A stretch of DNA of 64,000 nt, taken from the IMG/VR virus record IMGVR_UViG_3300026078_000017, positions 186,001 through 250,000 of that record; one strand, given 5' to 3'. The translations under genes were made by a program, and so were the position numbers. Under the pieces are notes generated by a model. It saw only the letters and a list, made by a program, of their open reading frames with translations, was not told the DNA's origin and did not search any database. Shown here in pieces: positions 10,390 through 20,917 of the stretch. Position 1 is the stretch's first letter; each line of letters opens with the position of its first letter.

Positions 10390-13300
10390 TTAGTACCGCT
10401 TAAAGTCGCCCGTGATCAACTGCAACAAAATCGTATCTTTTAGACCATGACGGTTATTGTCGCCAAGGTAAATATCAGAGTACAGATATTCCAGTTTTGG
10501 TCTTTCAAGCATGTGGCTTTCAATAACGAAGTTAGTTCCAAGATACTTGGTTTTTCTTGGAATAAGTTGAGCAATGAAAGTTCCAATATTTGTGTCAAAC
10601 CACTTATAGAACTCGAAGAAGCTCTTCAGGTTCATTTTGTCTGTAAGTCTGTTGAAGTAGACTTCTCTAAGGAAGGCAAGTCGTGGGTAGTCAGGGGAGA
10701 ACAACAACTCAGGATTACCAATGATGTTATCCAGGGCATTAAGAGTTGAGAAAATGCCAACCATGTCTTGGTCAAGAGCATCTACAATCGAGAAGTCGAT
10801 GGTGAATCTTGTGTTGTCTGTTGGTTGTTCAGAAAGCTCCACACGATACAAGGGAGCAACTGCCGCATAAGAGCTGGAAAGGACATTTTGATAGTTCAAG
10901 AAGGACCTTGGACGTACCTTCTCTGTTGTGGAGGCTTCATCGAACTTTGGAGAGATGTAACTATAAAAGAATCTCTCTGGAACTACGACAGAAGATGTAG
11001 CTGGGAAAGAACTACCGGAAAAATGCGACAAGGCTCCGAGATAGTTCAAGTTTTGGGAGTAGTCGAAGAACTGAATCTGTCCAGAAGCATCCGACTGTGT
11101 AACCTGTTGATCCATGGAAACATCGAGACGAAGTCTTTCCCAAGAACCTGATGCGTTCGTCACGAAGTTGAAGTTAAGATCAGGGTTCTGAACACCAAGA
11201 GACTTGAAGTTTCTTACGTGTTCTTGCCATTCGTCACTCTCAAGATATTTTGACCAGAATCTAATCTGACCAACACGACCATCGAAATAGGTTACTCTAG
11301 AAGTCTCAGGTGCCGAACCTGTCTGGTTCAAGAAATATGGAGAGGTTGAAGAAAGACTTTGGGAACCCAAGGCCAACCAGGATGCGCTTGCATTTGCAAC
11401 GCTGCTATTGGTTCCCCAAACCGAAGTTGCTCCACCAGGAATTTCATTGAAGAAACTAGATGTAAAGTAGGCTTCAGTAATGTCACCAAAACTCTGCTTG
11501 GCTGCTCTAAGGAAATAAGAAGAAGAGACCACAGAGTTGAGGTCTGGGTGATCACTTCTTTGACGACCATAAGAGACATACCACTGACCACCATCAAAAA
11601 TGTCTGCACCCGTAAGAACAAGACTAACAATTGGACTTGCAGAAGCCGTGATGGTTGGTTGTGTGTAAAGTGTAATATTTTTGGAACCAGAAACCGCTAC
11701 AACGTTCAACAGGGCTTGTTCGCCTGGAACGCTTCCGGTGTTCATGATACGAATAAGACCTTGAGACACATGGTTAACGGTATTCTTTGGAAACCTATAT
11801 GTTCCTTCAATTGTGAAGGAACCAGAAGTAAGATAGCCGGCATCCGTTGTGAATCCAGGTGTAACGAAAGGATAGCCAGGTTCAAATCTGGTCTGGTACA
11901 AATATTCGCTTCTTAGGTATCCGCCTGACACGAAGTTGGCAAAGGAAGAAATCTCCGAACGTTTGTCTCTGACGAAAGAAAGAGGAGCCTTTGTTGGACC
12001 ACCAAACTCACGAATTCTGAAGTTGTTATCTGGGTCAATACCAACAGAACGAATGAAGGACTTCACTGAGTGAATCGTTCCCTTGGACTTTACAACGTCT
12101 TGAAGGTTGATCAAAATACGTCTCCAGATTTGATTCTGGATGTACTGAAGGCTTAGAGCATTTGTAGAAACATCGTCTTGGATGTTTTCTCGATTAATAT
12201 ACTGCTCAATAGAACTGCCAACAAACAACGGTGGCAAGTTGAAGCCCTGTTGTTTAGCCATAAACTGCAAAAATTGATCTGGGACAGTGTCTTCAGAATT
12301 ATAGTCAACCCAGTTCAAGTTAGAGAATGACTGGATGTAAAGCTTCATTTCATCGAAGTACTTTGCCCACACATAAGCAAATGACAAGAGAAGTTGAGTA
12401 CCTCCCAGTTGAGCTGACCGAGGGTCTGTACCAGAAATGATGGTATTGATGATGTTGCCTTGTTCTGTAGCAAGTCCATCTTGAACTTGACCTTCAAGAA
12501 GGTAGTGTTTTGGAACAAGTTTCGTAATGAGGTTGGGGTTGGCGTCATCAAAGTTGGATGCACTAACCATGAAGCTTTGATTGAACGTAAGAACTTGTGG
12601 GTGAGTACCGAAAAGAATTGGCGTGAACTCCAACTTCTCATAGGTCATTGGGTCTGGACCTGCAACAGAACCTGTAGGAATCTCTCTGACTCTGAGAGCA
12701 TTTCCGGCAATGTTCAACTGTCCATGAAGACCTTGACCACTAGAATCCAAGGTAAGAAGCGTGTTTGATCCTGAAGGTTCATTAAGTTTGAAGTACAACC
12801 TAAGGTCATCACTTGCAAAGACTGCCTTCTTTTGGTAGTTCAGTCTGTCATCAAGACTTCTAACCGAATGCCAAATTCTAAAGTCATCTAGGGCACCAGA
12901 AAGTGTATTTTGTGGTGCGTGAGTAAATGATCCCATGGAGAAACCGGAACCAGAACCTATGACAAGGTCAATGCCGTCCCAAAAGGTTTCTCCCAGTTCA
13001 AACGAAACGCTTGATCCAGTCAACGCCTGATTGACATAAGCGTACATTTGGTTGACATTTGGAGTTCTGTCCCAAATCAAAGCTACATTGTTCCAGGTTC
13101 CCTTTCGCAAGGAGAACGACATTGTTTGACCCAAGGATTTACTTGCAACCGTGTAGTACATCGGTGCCATGTCAGTATTTGCGGTACCGCTGACAACCAA
13201 GGAGAAACCATCAAGTCCACTAATGGACTGGGACATCTTACTGAAGACTGTTTGTGTGGTATTTGAACCTGAAGGAAGATAAACCCAAAACTCTATTGTC

Positions 13301-13836
13301 GTAGAGTCAAGACCAGGATTAAGCTTAGAGGCACCTGTGATGTCCTTGGAGACGTTTGGGAAGGCAGCACCGGCACTGTCCTTGACAGTAATCCAAGTGC
13401 CAGCATTCGTCTCTGAACCCTTAGAGCCAGAGAAGAAGGCATATCCCTTGTACTTGGGATAATTGTCAAAGACATATTTCTCAAAGCCCGTCAAGCGGTC
13501 AAAGAACATTTCATATTCTTTTTGTGAGCCGTCAAATGGGAAAGAGTCGACAATTGTTGTAAATGCAACGTTAGTCTTGACCTGAGCACTGTTGAAGAAT
13601 GTGTGATTTTCAAACTTGGACCAGTCTACATTCAACTGTTGAGTGGACTTGAGTCCTTCATTGTCAAGGTCATACTTGAAGGAAGCTGTCATGCCAATTA
13701 CAGAATCAGCCAAGTCTGCACCAATAACCTTCGTAAATGTCGAAGATTTTGCTGCATCTTCTGTTAAGCCTCTTACAAGATTTGGCGTAAACAGGGATGG
13801 TCGGTTGAACCGTAAGTTGTCATTGTTATCTGTCAT
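10390..13836 (-). CDS. Baseplate wedge subunit (gp7 / P2 gpI-like) with two LamG (concanavalin A-like) domains
   Basis: LamG signatures (TIEFWV...WNNVALIWD...GALDDFRIW; second copy GQWYVSY...GRVGQIRFW) flank a WRRILINL...KSKGT..SV helical motif typical of gpI/gp7-like proteins. Confidence 0.65.
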   Translation of the reverse strand: MTDNNDNLRFNRPSLFTPNLVRGLTEDAAKSSTFTKVIGADLADSVIGMTASFKYDLDNEGLKSTQQLNVDWSKFENHTFFNSAQVKTNVAFTTIVDSFPFDGSQKEYEMFFDRLTGFEKYVFDNYPKYKGYAFFSGSKGSETNAGTWITVKDSAGAAFPNVSKDITGASKLNPGLDSTTIEFWVYLPSGSNTTQTVFSKMSQSISGLDGFSLVVSGTANTDMAPMYYTVASKSLGQTMSFSLRKGTWNNVALIWDRTPNVNQMYAYVNQALTGSSVSFELGETFWDGIDLVIGSGSGFSMGSFTHAPQNTLSGALDDFRIWHSVRSLDDRLNYQKKAVFASDDLRLYFKLNEPSGSNTLLTLDSSGQGLHGQLNIAGNALRVREIPTGSVAGPDPMTYEKLEFTPILFGTHPQVLTFNQSFMVSASNFDDANPNLITKLVPKHYLLEGQVQDGLATEQGNIINTIISGTDPRSAQLGGTQLLLSFAYVWAKYFDEMKLYIQSFSNLNWVDYNSEDTVPDQFLQFMAKQQGFNLPPLFVGSSIEQYINRENIQDDVSTNALSLQYIQNQIWRRILINLQDVVKSKGTIHSVKSFIRSVGIDPDNNFRIREFGGPTKAPLSFVRDKRSEISSFANFVSGGYLRSEYLYQTRFEPGYPFVTPGFTTDAGYLTSGSFTIEGTYRFPKNTVNHVSQGLIRIMNTGSVPGEQALLNVVAVSGSKNITLYTQPTITASASPIVSLVLTGADIFDGGQWYVSYGRQRSDHPDLNSVVSSSYFLRAAKQSFGDITEAYFTSSFFNEIPGGATSVWGTNSSVANASASWLALGSQSLSSTSPYFLNQTGSAPETSRVTYFDGRVGQIRFWSKYLESDEWQEHVRNFKSLGVQNPDLNFNFVTNASGSWERLRLDVSMDQQVTQSDASGQIQFFDYSQNLNYLGALSHFSGSSFPATSSVVVPERFFYSYISPKFDEASTTEKVRPRSFLNYQNVLSSSYAAVAPLYRVELSEQPTDNTRFTIDFSIVDALDQDMVGIFSTLNALDNIIGNPELLFSPDYPRLAFLREVYFNRLTDKMNLKSFFEFYKWFDTNIGTFIAQLIPRKTKYLGTNFVIESHMLERPKLEYLYSDIYLGDNNRHGLKDTILLQLITGDFKRY

Positions 13837-15419
13837 TATTCAGAAACTACCTTAAATCTGAACCCTTGTTCGTAGAAGAAGTCTGTTCTACCATTTTCCT
13901 CAAGCTTGAACTCGAACTCATACACTTTACTTGCCTGAAGGTCATTGAACCAAAAATCAAAGAACATTCCTTGGCTGTCTGAAGACAACTTTGTTCCTTG
14001 GGTGTCAAACGGAACAATGATTTCTTTAGTATAGGGGTCAATAACTCTCCAGTACATATTTTTGAAAATTCTAGACACCGCTGGCTTTGGAAGGCGTTGT
14101 GTGGCGAAGTCGAACTCCCAGTCTTGAATGAACACACGAAGACGTGTGTTTTCTTTCTTTGTGTAGAACTGTTCAAGATTGGTGATGTTAACCACATAGT
14201 TTCTTTGGTCGAAAGAAACACCATCACCCATAAGCTTGGAAAACTTCACATATCCACCAGAAGCAAACAAGTAGGTTTTGTCCAAGGACTTCCACAACAA
14301 CAAGAAACTCTGGTCATAACCTGAGGCACTTACAAATGAGTTGAGTTGAATGTCCGAGAACGTGTTAAGTGACACGTCAGCATAATAAGAACCTGTTTGT
14401 TTCAGGTTGCCAAAGGAAAGCTGACTGCCAGTAAAGGAAGAACTAAAGTAAGAATTGCTGCTAGTGTAAAATGTGATTGACTGTGAGTGGCTTTGTGACC
14501 AAGAGGTTACTGGAATAATGCTGCTCTTGGAAGCAACCAACTCCAACATCAAACAGTTTGAACCTGTGATTTCCTGAGCACCCGACATGAAGTTGTGATA
14601 AATGCCTCTTGGAGACGAGTAGACAAAAAATCTATTTGGCACATCAAACATAGCCAAGTTAGAGTCATCAGAAACGACATTGCCATCATATTTGATGTAA
14701 AGTTGAGGTCTAAAAGTTGGGTTATTGGTGTTGCGTCCACCAAACCTCTTTACAAATCGAGTTGTCTGGTCAGTCTCCTGAGAGTCGATGAAGCTGAGTC
14801 TGAAGCCATTGTTTGGAAGATTTCCCCACAAGGAAGCAGACACGAGTTGTGTTACATTCATGAACAAGTCTTCATCACCACGACCAAAAGACTGTGTGAC
14901 ACTCAAACTCTGAGAACCAAAACCAATGTTGCCGCTTACGTAATAATCACAGATGTCACCGATAGCTCCCGAGGCAGCAGCACCAGAAACTGTCCACAAG
15001 GTCACAGAAGGGTTTACAGAGGCTGTAATCCAGTTAGCAGCGTCCAAGTCTCTAAAGTAAAGAACGTCAGAACCTGCTCCTTCGTTCCAGTCTTTTGCAA
15101 GAGGATGAAGTTGAAGGGTAAAATTCGATGGAACAGTTTGACCGCCATTAATGTTTTTCAAGTACAAAAAGGCACCAAAATTTGCACCAGAAGCATCTAA
15201 GATGGAACTGGTCAAGGACTGAAGAGGTGAGTAGTCAAACTTCAACAGGGCTCTTGATAGCTCGGTTGGATTGTTTGTTCCAGATAGTGTCGTTTCACCA
15301 TAAAGGTGGAACAGGTCCATGCTTGCTGCTTGACCAACGTTTGAGTACAAAGACCTAGACCCGAACAAGATTTTGTCGGTAATGTAGGAATCTTTGCTTG
15401 ATGACAAAATTCTAAACAT
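13836..15419 (-). CDS. Baseplate-associated protein with DNRLRE/CBM96-like domain
   Basis: KDSYI...RALLKFD...LHPLAKDWNEG...MNVTQLV...NNGFRL...RPQLYIKY pattern. Confidence 0.6.
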   Translation of the reverse strand: MFRILSSSKDSYITDKILFGSRSLYSNVGQAASMDLFHLYGETTLSGTNNPTELSRALLKFDYSPLQSLTSSILDASGANFGAFLYLKNINGGQTVPSNFTLQLHPLAKDWNEGAGSDVLYFRDLDAANWITASVNPSVTLWTVSGAAASGAIGDICDYYVSGNIGFGSQSLSVTQSFGRGDEDLFMNVTQLVSASLWGNLPNNGFRLSFIDSQETDQTTRFVKRFGGRNTNNPTFRPQLYIKYDGNVVSDDSNLAMFDVPNRFFVYSSPRGIYHNFMSGAQEITGSNCLMLELVASKSSIIPVTSWSQSHSQSITFYTSSNSYFSSSFTGSQLSFGNLKQTGSYYADVSLNTFSDIQLNSFVSASGYDQSFLLLWKSLDKTYLFASGGYVKFSKLMGDGVSFDQRNYVVNITNLEQFYTKKENTRLRVFIQDWEFDFATQRLPKPAVSRIFKNMYWRVIDPYTKEIIVPFDTQGTKLSSDSQGMFFDFWFNDLQASKVYEFEFKLEENGRTDFFYEQGFRFKVVSE

Positions 15420-15421
15420 GA

Positions 15422-17263
15422 TTATACCGATGTTCCTTCAATATCAAAGTCCTTGTATCGGATTTCGAAAATAGATCCTGGTGGGCCAATGATAATACCC
15501 TTGGTTGTGTTAGAAGCCACGTCGAACTGTGCTGAACTGTAAACTCTACTGTTCTGTGCACCAGTAAGGTTCTTCACAGAAACGTTCGTTACAGACACAA
15601 CACCGTTGTTATTGAAAATAAGATTCTGCAAGTCAGATAGAATGATTGGTTGGTCAATCTCAAAGTGCTTTATAGAAAAGTACTGTGTCAATCTTGACAC
15701 AATGTTTTGAAGAACGAGTTTCTTGTTCTTGGTTGGGTCGATCACCACAGAAAACTCAACCTTGAGGTTGATGATTTGAGCATCGAGAATATCGATGGCA
15801 TCAGAAATCATTCTGAAGGAATTCAAATAGGTCTGAAGGTTCTTCTTCAAGCTATCTGGAGACACAACAAGTTGACCTTGTTGATTTCTCGAAATGATGT
15901 AAAGTTGAGTTGCAAGTGGGTTGTTCTGGTTGGACCTAACAGAAGCACGATAAACTCTTCCAAAGTTGGAAGGCATCGTATACACACGGGCAAGCAAGTC
16001 TGGCTTTGTGACAATGCGACTCTGGGAGGCACGAACTGCTGGAATGCGAGTCTTTAGTTCGTCTGTGGTTGGAGCGTCATCTCCTCCTCCAGCATCTTGT
16101 TCATTTACTGCATCTACGGATTTTCTAACGAAAGATGCAACAGATGTACTTGGACCATTTGGGAAACTAATGTTGAGAGTACCAACACCTCTAATAGCTC
16201 CACCAATGACGTTGTGTTTCAAACCACCACCATATCTGTATTCTACAGACAAGGTCGAGTTTGGAGAAATAACACCAAATGTCGTGGTCTGAAGAAGATT
16301 GCCAGGATTCAAGGTAAATCTGGAGAAAGTCTTCTTTCCATAGAGTGGAACTGCAAACTCACTTGGATCTGGAATGATGTCATCATCCAAGGTAGAAGCA
16401 CCACTTCCACCAAAGGTCAAAGACGTAAGGCGTGTCTGAATGTCAGTTCTCTTGATAAAACGATATGGAGCTGGAATGATAGCCAAGTTTTCTTGAACCA
16501 GTTCATTGTCATCGTTTCGGTTAATCAGAGCCTGGAATACTGTGTCTTGGGTCAGGTACTCAACTTCATAGTACTTGTTGCCCTGTGAGTCAGAAACTGA
16601 AATGACCTCAGTAACATTTTCTTTTGAAAGGGTGAACTTCTTGAAAGCCTCGAAATTTCCGATAGAGAAAGACTCGACCTGACGATTACCAGAAAGAGCT
16701 GTGCCCTTTCGAGACATGATGAATGCTGTAGGATTGTTATTCGCATCTCTTCCAGAGATACGAACGCTCGCAACATAGTTGCCGTCAATCGTTTCAGAAA
16801 AATCTAGGTCATCCACAAGTTCGAAGGATGTACCCACGTTTGAAGGGAAGGTTGTACCTGCCTCAATAACTGGGATAGCTGCTAGAAGGGGAGCCGGAGG
16901 GTTTTGGTTTGGGTCGGCTGGGACTTCGAGAGAGATCGTAATATCCACGACAGCCGGGGACGAACCAACGATATCAACACCCGCATTTCTGAGGTGGCGT
17001 TCGATATTCCGAAGCTCAACAGACGAATTCGGGTCCAACTCATGGAACTGATGATCGAGATAGAAACTTTGTACGTCCCCAATATACGCGGCAAATTCCA
17101 AGAACATACCACCAAGCGAAGGCTCGCTAAGGTCACGAATGCGATCCGGGAAGTGTACTCTTGCATATTCAAACAAATCCTGCTTAAAACCAGAGAAATC
17201 CTTGTTTAAGTATTTTCTGGTCTTGATTTGCTTTAAAATCTGCTTTCGTGAATCAGTTGGCAT
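15422..17263 (-). CDS. Baseplate wedge protein (T4 gp6 / baseplate J-like)
   Basis: NKDF..FKQDL.EYA..HFP...D.SE...GGMFLE..AYIGD N-terminus; YRYGGG, GGGDDAPT..ELK, SRIVT..D motifs; follows gp25. Confidence 0.85.
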   Translation of the reverse strand: MPTDSRKQILKQIKTRKYLNKDFSGFKQDLFEYARVHFPDRIRDLSEPSLGGMFLEFAAYIGDVQSFYLDHQFHELDPNSSVELRNIERHLRNAGVDIVGSSPAVVDITISLEVPADPNQNPPAPLLAAIPVIEAGTTFPSNVGTSFELVDDLDFSETIDGNYVASVRISGRDANNNPTAFIMSRKGTALSGNRQVESFSIGNFEAFKKFTLSKENVTEVISVSDSQGNKYYEVEYLTQDTVFQALINRNDDNELVQENLAIIPAPYRFIKRTDIQTRLTSLTFGGSGASTLDDDIIPDPSEFAVPLYGKKTFSRFTLNPGNLLQTTTFGVISPNSTLSVEYRYGGGLKHNVIGGAIRGVGTLNISFPNGPSTSVASFVRKSVDAVNEQDAGGGDDAPTTDELKTRIPAVRASQSRIVTKPDLLARVYTMPSNFGRVYRASVRSNQNNPLATQLYIISRNQQGQLVVSPDSLKKNLQTYLNSFRMISDAIDILDAQIINLKVEFSVVIDPTKNKKLVLQNIVSRLTQYFSIKHFEIDQPIILSDLQNLIFNNNGVVSVTNVSVKNLTGAQNSRVYSSAQFDVASNTTKGIIIGPPGSIFEIRYKDFDIEGTSV

Positions 17264-17271
17264 GTGTATCC

Positions 17272-17745
17272 TTAAATAACAAACAGGGTGACTTCTAATT
17301 TGGCATTATTGATCGCAAGTGAAGCTACAGAATAAATTAGCACCAGTTTGACGATTCCGGTGTATCTATTTTCCACTTGGTCGACATATGACTCATAAGC
17401 CACAGGTGTAACGAAAGGCATCCACTTCGAAATGGCTGTGTTTATACGAATCATCGCCTCTTGATCAAAGTCTGGTTTTGATGAGAAATCAACCAAAAGT
17501 GGTCTTAAATTGGCACCAAGGAAATAGTTTCCGAGTCTTTCGCCCCAATTCGTTAAGATAAGGTTTCGAAGATTGTCAGCAACCTGAGCCTTAATGTCAG
17601 TGTTCATTAGGAACAAGCCGTTCTGAGATGGGTCAGGTTCTACTGGGGTTTTGATGCCAATTGGCGTAATGGTCTTGTTCTTATTCAAGACGTCTTGTTG
17701 CTTAAAGCCCGTTACGCCAACATCTTTGAAAGAGATTTGTGCCAT
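17272..17745 (-). CDS. Baseplate wedge protein gp25 (GPW/gp25 family)
   Basis: NLRNLILTNWGER...GANLRPLL...I..AISKWMPFV pattern; directly upstream of gp6. Confidence 0.85.
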   Translation of the reverse strand: MAQISFKDVGVTGFKQQDVLNKNKTITPIGIKTPVEPDPSQNGLFLMNTDIKAQVADNLRNLILTNWGERLGNYFLGANLRPLLVDFSSKPDFDQEAMIRINTAISKWMPFVTPVAYESYVDQVENRYTGIVKLVLIYSVASLAINNAKLEVTLFVI

Positions 17746-17769
17746 TTTGTTAAATATTTCGACAAGGGA

Positions 17770-18012
17770 TTATGCGCTAGACCCTGTTGGAAGACCTAAG
17801 GTCGTCACACGGGTACTGAGCTGGTTGATTTGGCTTTGAATGGACACAAAGCTGGCAGTTATCTGGTTTTGTATGTACAGGTCTATTTCTGTAGCAAGAT
17901 TCTGAGCAAAGGACAACTTCAGGGTTTGAGCCTGTTCAGGAGTCGTTACAGTTTGTGAGGAGTCCAAAATCCTTACGATTGCATCCCCAAGTTCTTTTTT
18001 GTTTGTTGCCAT
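17770..18012 (-). CDS. Hypothetical protein (80 aa)
   Basis: TAATG overlap with the upstream gene; tiles the operon. Confidence 0.6.
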   Translation of the reverse strand: MATNKKELGDAIVRILDSSQTVTTPEQAQTLKLSFAQNLATEIDLYIQNQITASFVSIQSQINQLSTRVTTLGLPTGSSA

Positions 18013-19601
18013 TATTCTCCGAAGATTCTTTCTGACTTGGCTTTCTCGACAATAGAGTTGTCACCACTGCCTACTAGATTTTGTTCTTTTTGAGTAATTG
18101 TTTGTTGAAGTTGACCTCTATAAAGAGTATTCGACAAAATTTGACTGGATGCAATTGCCTGAAGGGAAGCAATGTTGCTATATGGAACCGCAATGGCAGT
18201 GTTGAAAGCTGTCTCCAAGGTAGTCGTCAAACTTGAACAGAAGTCCTTCAAGGCATTTACTTGATCCTGAAGATTCTGAATGGAGTTCTTGTATTCTGAC
18301 CACTTGATGTATGGCTCAGCCTTTCCAGTTGCCTTGCCCAGGTACATCTCTGGGGCATACATCTGAAGCTTGCCATTTTTATCAATATACAGATAAGCAA
18401 GGTCATCTTCATTATCTGCTTGACGAATGATTAGGATGGTTCCATCGATTTGGTCGGTCTTTCTGGCAATCACACGAATGTGGTCTGCCTTGGCAGCAAC
18501 ATAAGACTTACCAATAGTACCATCGTTTCCATCTTGAGGTTGTTCAAACTCTAGGGTATCATCAGGAAAACTGACATCTGTCAACTTGAAGTTTTTGTCA
18601 AGTTCTGACTGCATCGTAACCATAATACGAGCAGCATCATTCTCCATGTCAGGATCACCCTCACGTGGGTTATCTTGCTTTCCTTCTTGAAGATATGGGG
18701 TTTTGTTTACCTCTTCCACATGACGAGAGTTCTCTACGACACGTGGAGCTGTCTCTTCTGGATCCGTGTTCTCATCTGGAGGGAGCTTACGAGCACGTCC
18801 TGCGACTATGTCAATAGAACCTGCCTGACCGATAGCATCTGCTTCAGCACGAACCACAGGACCCGTTCTGTCTTCTCCAAAAACAATCATGGAGTTGTTC
18901 TTGCCCTGAAGAACAAACTCACCTACGCGTTTGTTGAATCTAGGAACAGGTTCAAAGGTGAAGTTCTTTATCGAGTTGCTGCCCTCCACAATGCCATCGT
19001 AGGGGTTTTCGTTGTTTGACCCAGTAACTCTAAGGGTCAAGGTCTGAGGCGTGTCAGCACCATTTGGGAAGCTTGGAGTATGGTCCTGGTCTCGTCCACG
19101 TTCTGTGGTGGATAGGAGTTGTGGATTGTATTCCGGAAAGAATCTACGGTCATGAACGTTATAGTTCACATCCTCAATAGTTCTCTGTTCTGAGACTCTG
19201 GAAATCCAATAGCCAACCACCGTTCCACTTCGACTTGGATCTGGGAAAATAACCCAAACCTGTTCGCCAGGAACAATAGGAAGTTCAATATAGGAAGAGA
19301 ACAAAGGAAACAACACAGTAGAGATAGGGTTACCACTGTCTGCCGAGTCTGAAACCATTCTTGCCAAAATGGAGTTGACAGGAAGAATGTCTACGAGTTC
19401 AGGGTTGTTTACCTGTTCAGCAAGTGCTTGTTTCTGGTCATCTGACAAAGCACTAGGGTTATCCAAAACCTCTACTACAACAGCCCTTTGAAGGGTTGGA
19501 GCTTGACCTTGTGTTTGAACTGCCCTGATTTCCTGAGTAGGCTGACCAAGGGTCGAACCTCCCACAGCTCTTCTAGAAACCGCACTTGATATTCTTGCCA
19601 T
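18012..19601 (-). CDS. Baseplate hub/central spike protein (gp5-like OB-fold)
   Basis: N-terminal AVVVEV...PLFSSYIELPIVPGEQVWVIF...GYW OB-fold-like pattern, beta-rich C-terminus, position upstream of gp25. Confidence 0.55.
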   Translation of the reverse strand: MARISSAVSRRAVGGSTLGQPTQEIRAVQTQGQAPTLQRAVVVEVLDNPSALSDDQKQALAEQVNNPELVDILPVNSILARMVSDSADSGNPISTVLFPLFSSYIELPIVPGEQVWVIFPDPSRSGTVVGYWISRVSEQRTIEDVNYNVHDRRFFPEYNPQLLSTTERGRDQDHTPSFPNGADTPQTLTLRVTGSNNENPYDGIVEGSNSIKNFTFEPVPRFNKRVGEFVLQGKNNSMIVFGEDRTGPVVRAEADAIGQAGSIDIVAGRARKLPPDENTDPEETAPRVVENSRHVEEVNKTPYLQEGKQDNPREGDPDMENDAARIMVTMQSELDKNFKLTDVSFPDDTLEFEQPQDGNDGTIGKSYVAAKADHIRVIARKTDQIDGTILIIRQADNEDDLAYLYIDKNGKLQMYAPEMYLGKATGKAEPYIKWSEYKNSIQNLQDQVNALKDFCSSLTTTLETAFNTAIAVPYSNIASLQAIASSQILSNTLYRGQLQQTITQKEQNLVGSGDNSIVEKAKSERIFGE

Positions 19602-19638
19602 AATCGTTAAATAGTTACAGTCAAGAATTCAAAATAGT

Positions 19639-20091
19639 CTAATGTTTTGCTGAAGCTTCTATTTGGTCGTAAAGTGCGTCTTCTGTTAGTTCCGTTGTTT
19701 CCTTCTTACGGGCAGCACCAACCAGTTCAACCAGCTTCAAAAGCTGGTCATTTGCCTTTGACATACGTTCAAGGTACCTTGACAAGTTTTGTCCATGAAT
19801 AGCATGTTCTGAAGGCTTACCTTGAACTTCCATGTAAAGGTCAGTCCAAATAATATAGGCATTCATACGATCCGTAATGGAGTTCTCGTAAATCTGTCTC
19901 CACAGGGATTTTTGTTTGTCTTCTGTGCTGGCAAGAGTTTCCAACAGCTCATTGAAAGACGCTAGTTGTTCGGTGGTCTTCTCTCTTAGAGAGTCAATGT
20001 TCTCACCAACAAAATTCCCCACAGGACTGTTAGTTTCAAGTTCTTCATCGTCTGTTATCAAAGCCTGTTGTTTTTTAGAATTGGAACTCAT
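19639..20091 (+). CDS. Hypothetical helical protein (150 aa)
   Basis: Only plus-strand ORF filling the gap; convergent with the sigma gene (17-nt overlap). Confidence 0.6.
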
Positions 20092-20917
20092 CGCGTTTCT
20101 TTAGCTCCCTGTAGTGTTTCTTCAAAGAAGCCAAAACAATGCTCAGTTGCTTGGAAGAAAGACCTGTGATCTCTCTTAAATATAGTAGAATGGCTCTTTT
20201 ATTCAAGAGGTCCACTTCATCTAGATTTTCAACCAAAATCTTGATTGCCTTAACGCAATTTTGTTCGTTGTCAGTCTTTACCTTGACGCCAATTTCTCTA
20301 ATCAAGGCAGTAATCTGATTTTTAAGTTCTCTACCAGCCATAATCTCCTCACCGTCAGGAGCAATGTTGTAAGACTCAATGGTCTCCAAGTCCTGCTGAG
20401 AGATGGCATCCTTGTTGTCAATGGATATGTAGGTTTGAGTCTTCTTGGCGTTCTGTTTTGACTTTATGGTCAACCAGTGTTTCGCAACGACGTTGAAGTA
20501 GGAGAAAGCCTTAGAACCCTTTTCAGCATTGAACTTTGGAAGGGCTCCATACAAGAACTCCAAACACTCATTCTTGAGATCTGTACGACTCTCATACATA
20601 ACAGTAAAGCCATATACGTTAATGAGGTTCTCAACCAAGGAATCAAAGGCAGGGTAAATCTGCTCTAGGTAGATTTTGTTCTTACCGTTGTAGGTTGTTT
20701 CTTTCTGATAAGCAACAATGGATTTTTGGGTATTGTGGTCGAAGTAGTTGATGGTCTTTGTGCCAGGCTTTTTTCTAGAAATCTTTCTTTTTCCAGATAG
20801 CGTTAACTCTTCGGTTGGAGCAGTTGACATTTTAGTAGTGTTGTCCGATTTATCTTTCAATGGACGGCGGGAGTCTGTCTTTTCTTCCACCTTCGAGTTC
20901 TTGTTCGTCTTCTTCAT
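20075..20917 (-). CDS. Phage sigma-factor-like protein (gp55-like late sigma); probable start 20830
   Basis: Region-2-like DLKNECLEFLYGALPKFNAEKGSKAFSYFNVVAKHWL (compare KF.....PFAYF of gp55-type sigmas). Confidence 0.65.
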   Translation of the reverse strand: MKKTNKNSKVEEKTDSRRPLKDKSDNTTKMSTAPTEELTLSGKRKISRKKPGTKTINYFDHNTQKSIVAYQKETTYNGKNKIYLEQIYPAFDSLVENLINVYGFTVMYESRTDLKNECLEFLYGALPKFNAEKGSKAFSYFNVVAKHWLTIKSKQNAKKTQTYISIDNKDAISQQDLETIESYNIAPDGEEIMAGRELKNQITALIREIGVKVKTDNEQNCVKAIKILVENLDEVDLLNKRAILLYLREITGLSSKQLSIVLASLKKHYRELKKRDEFQF

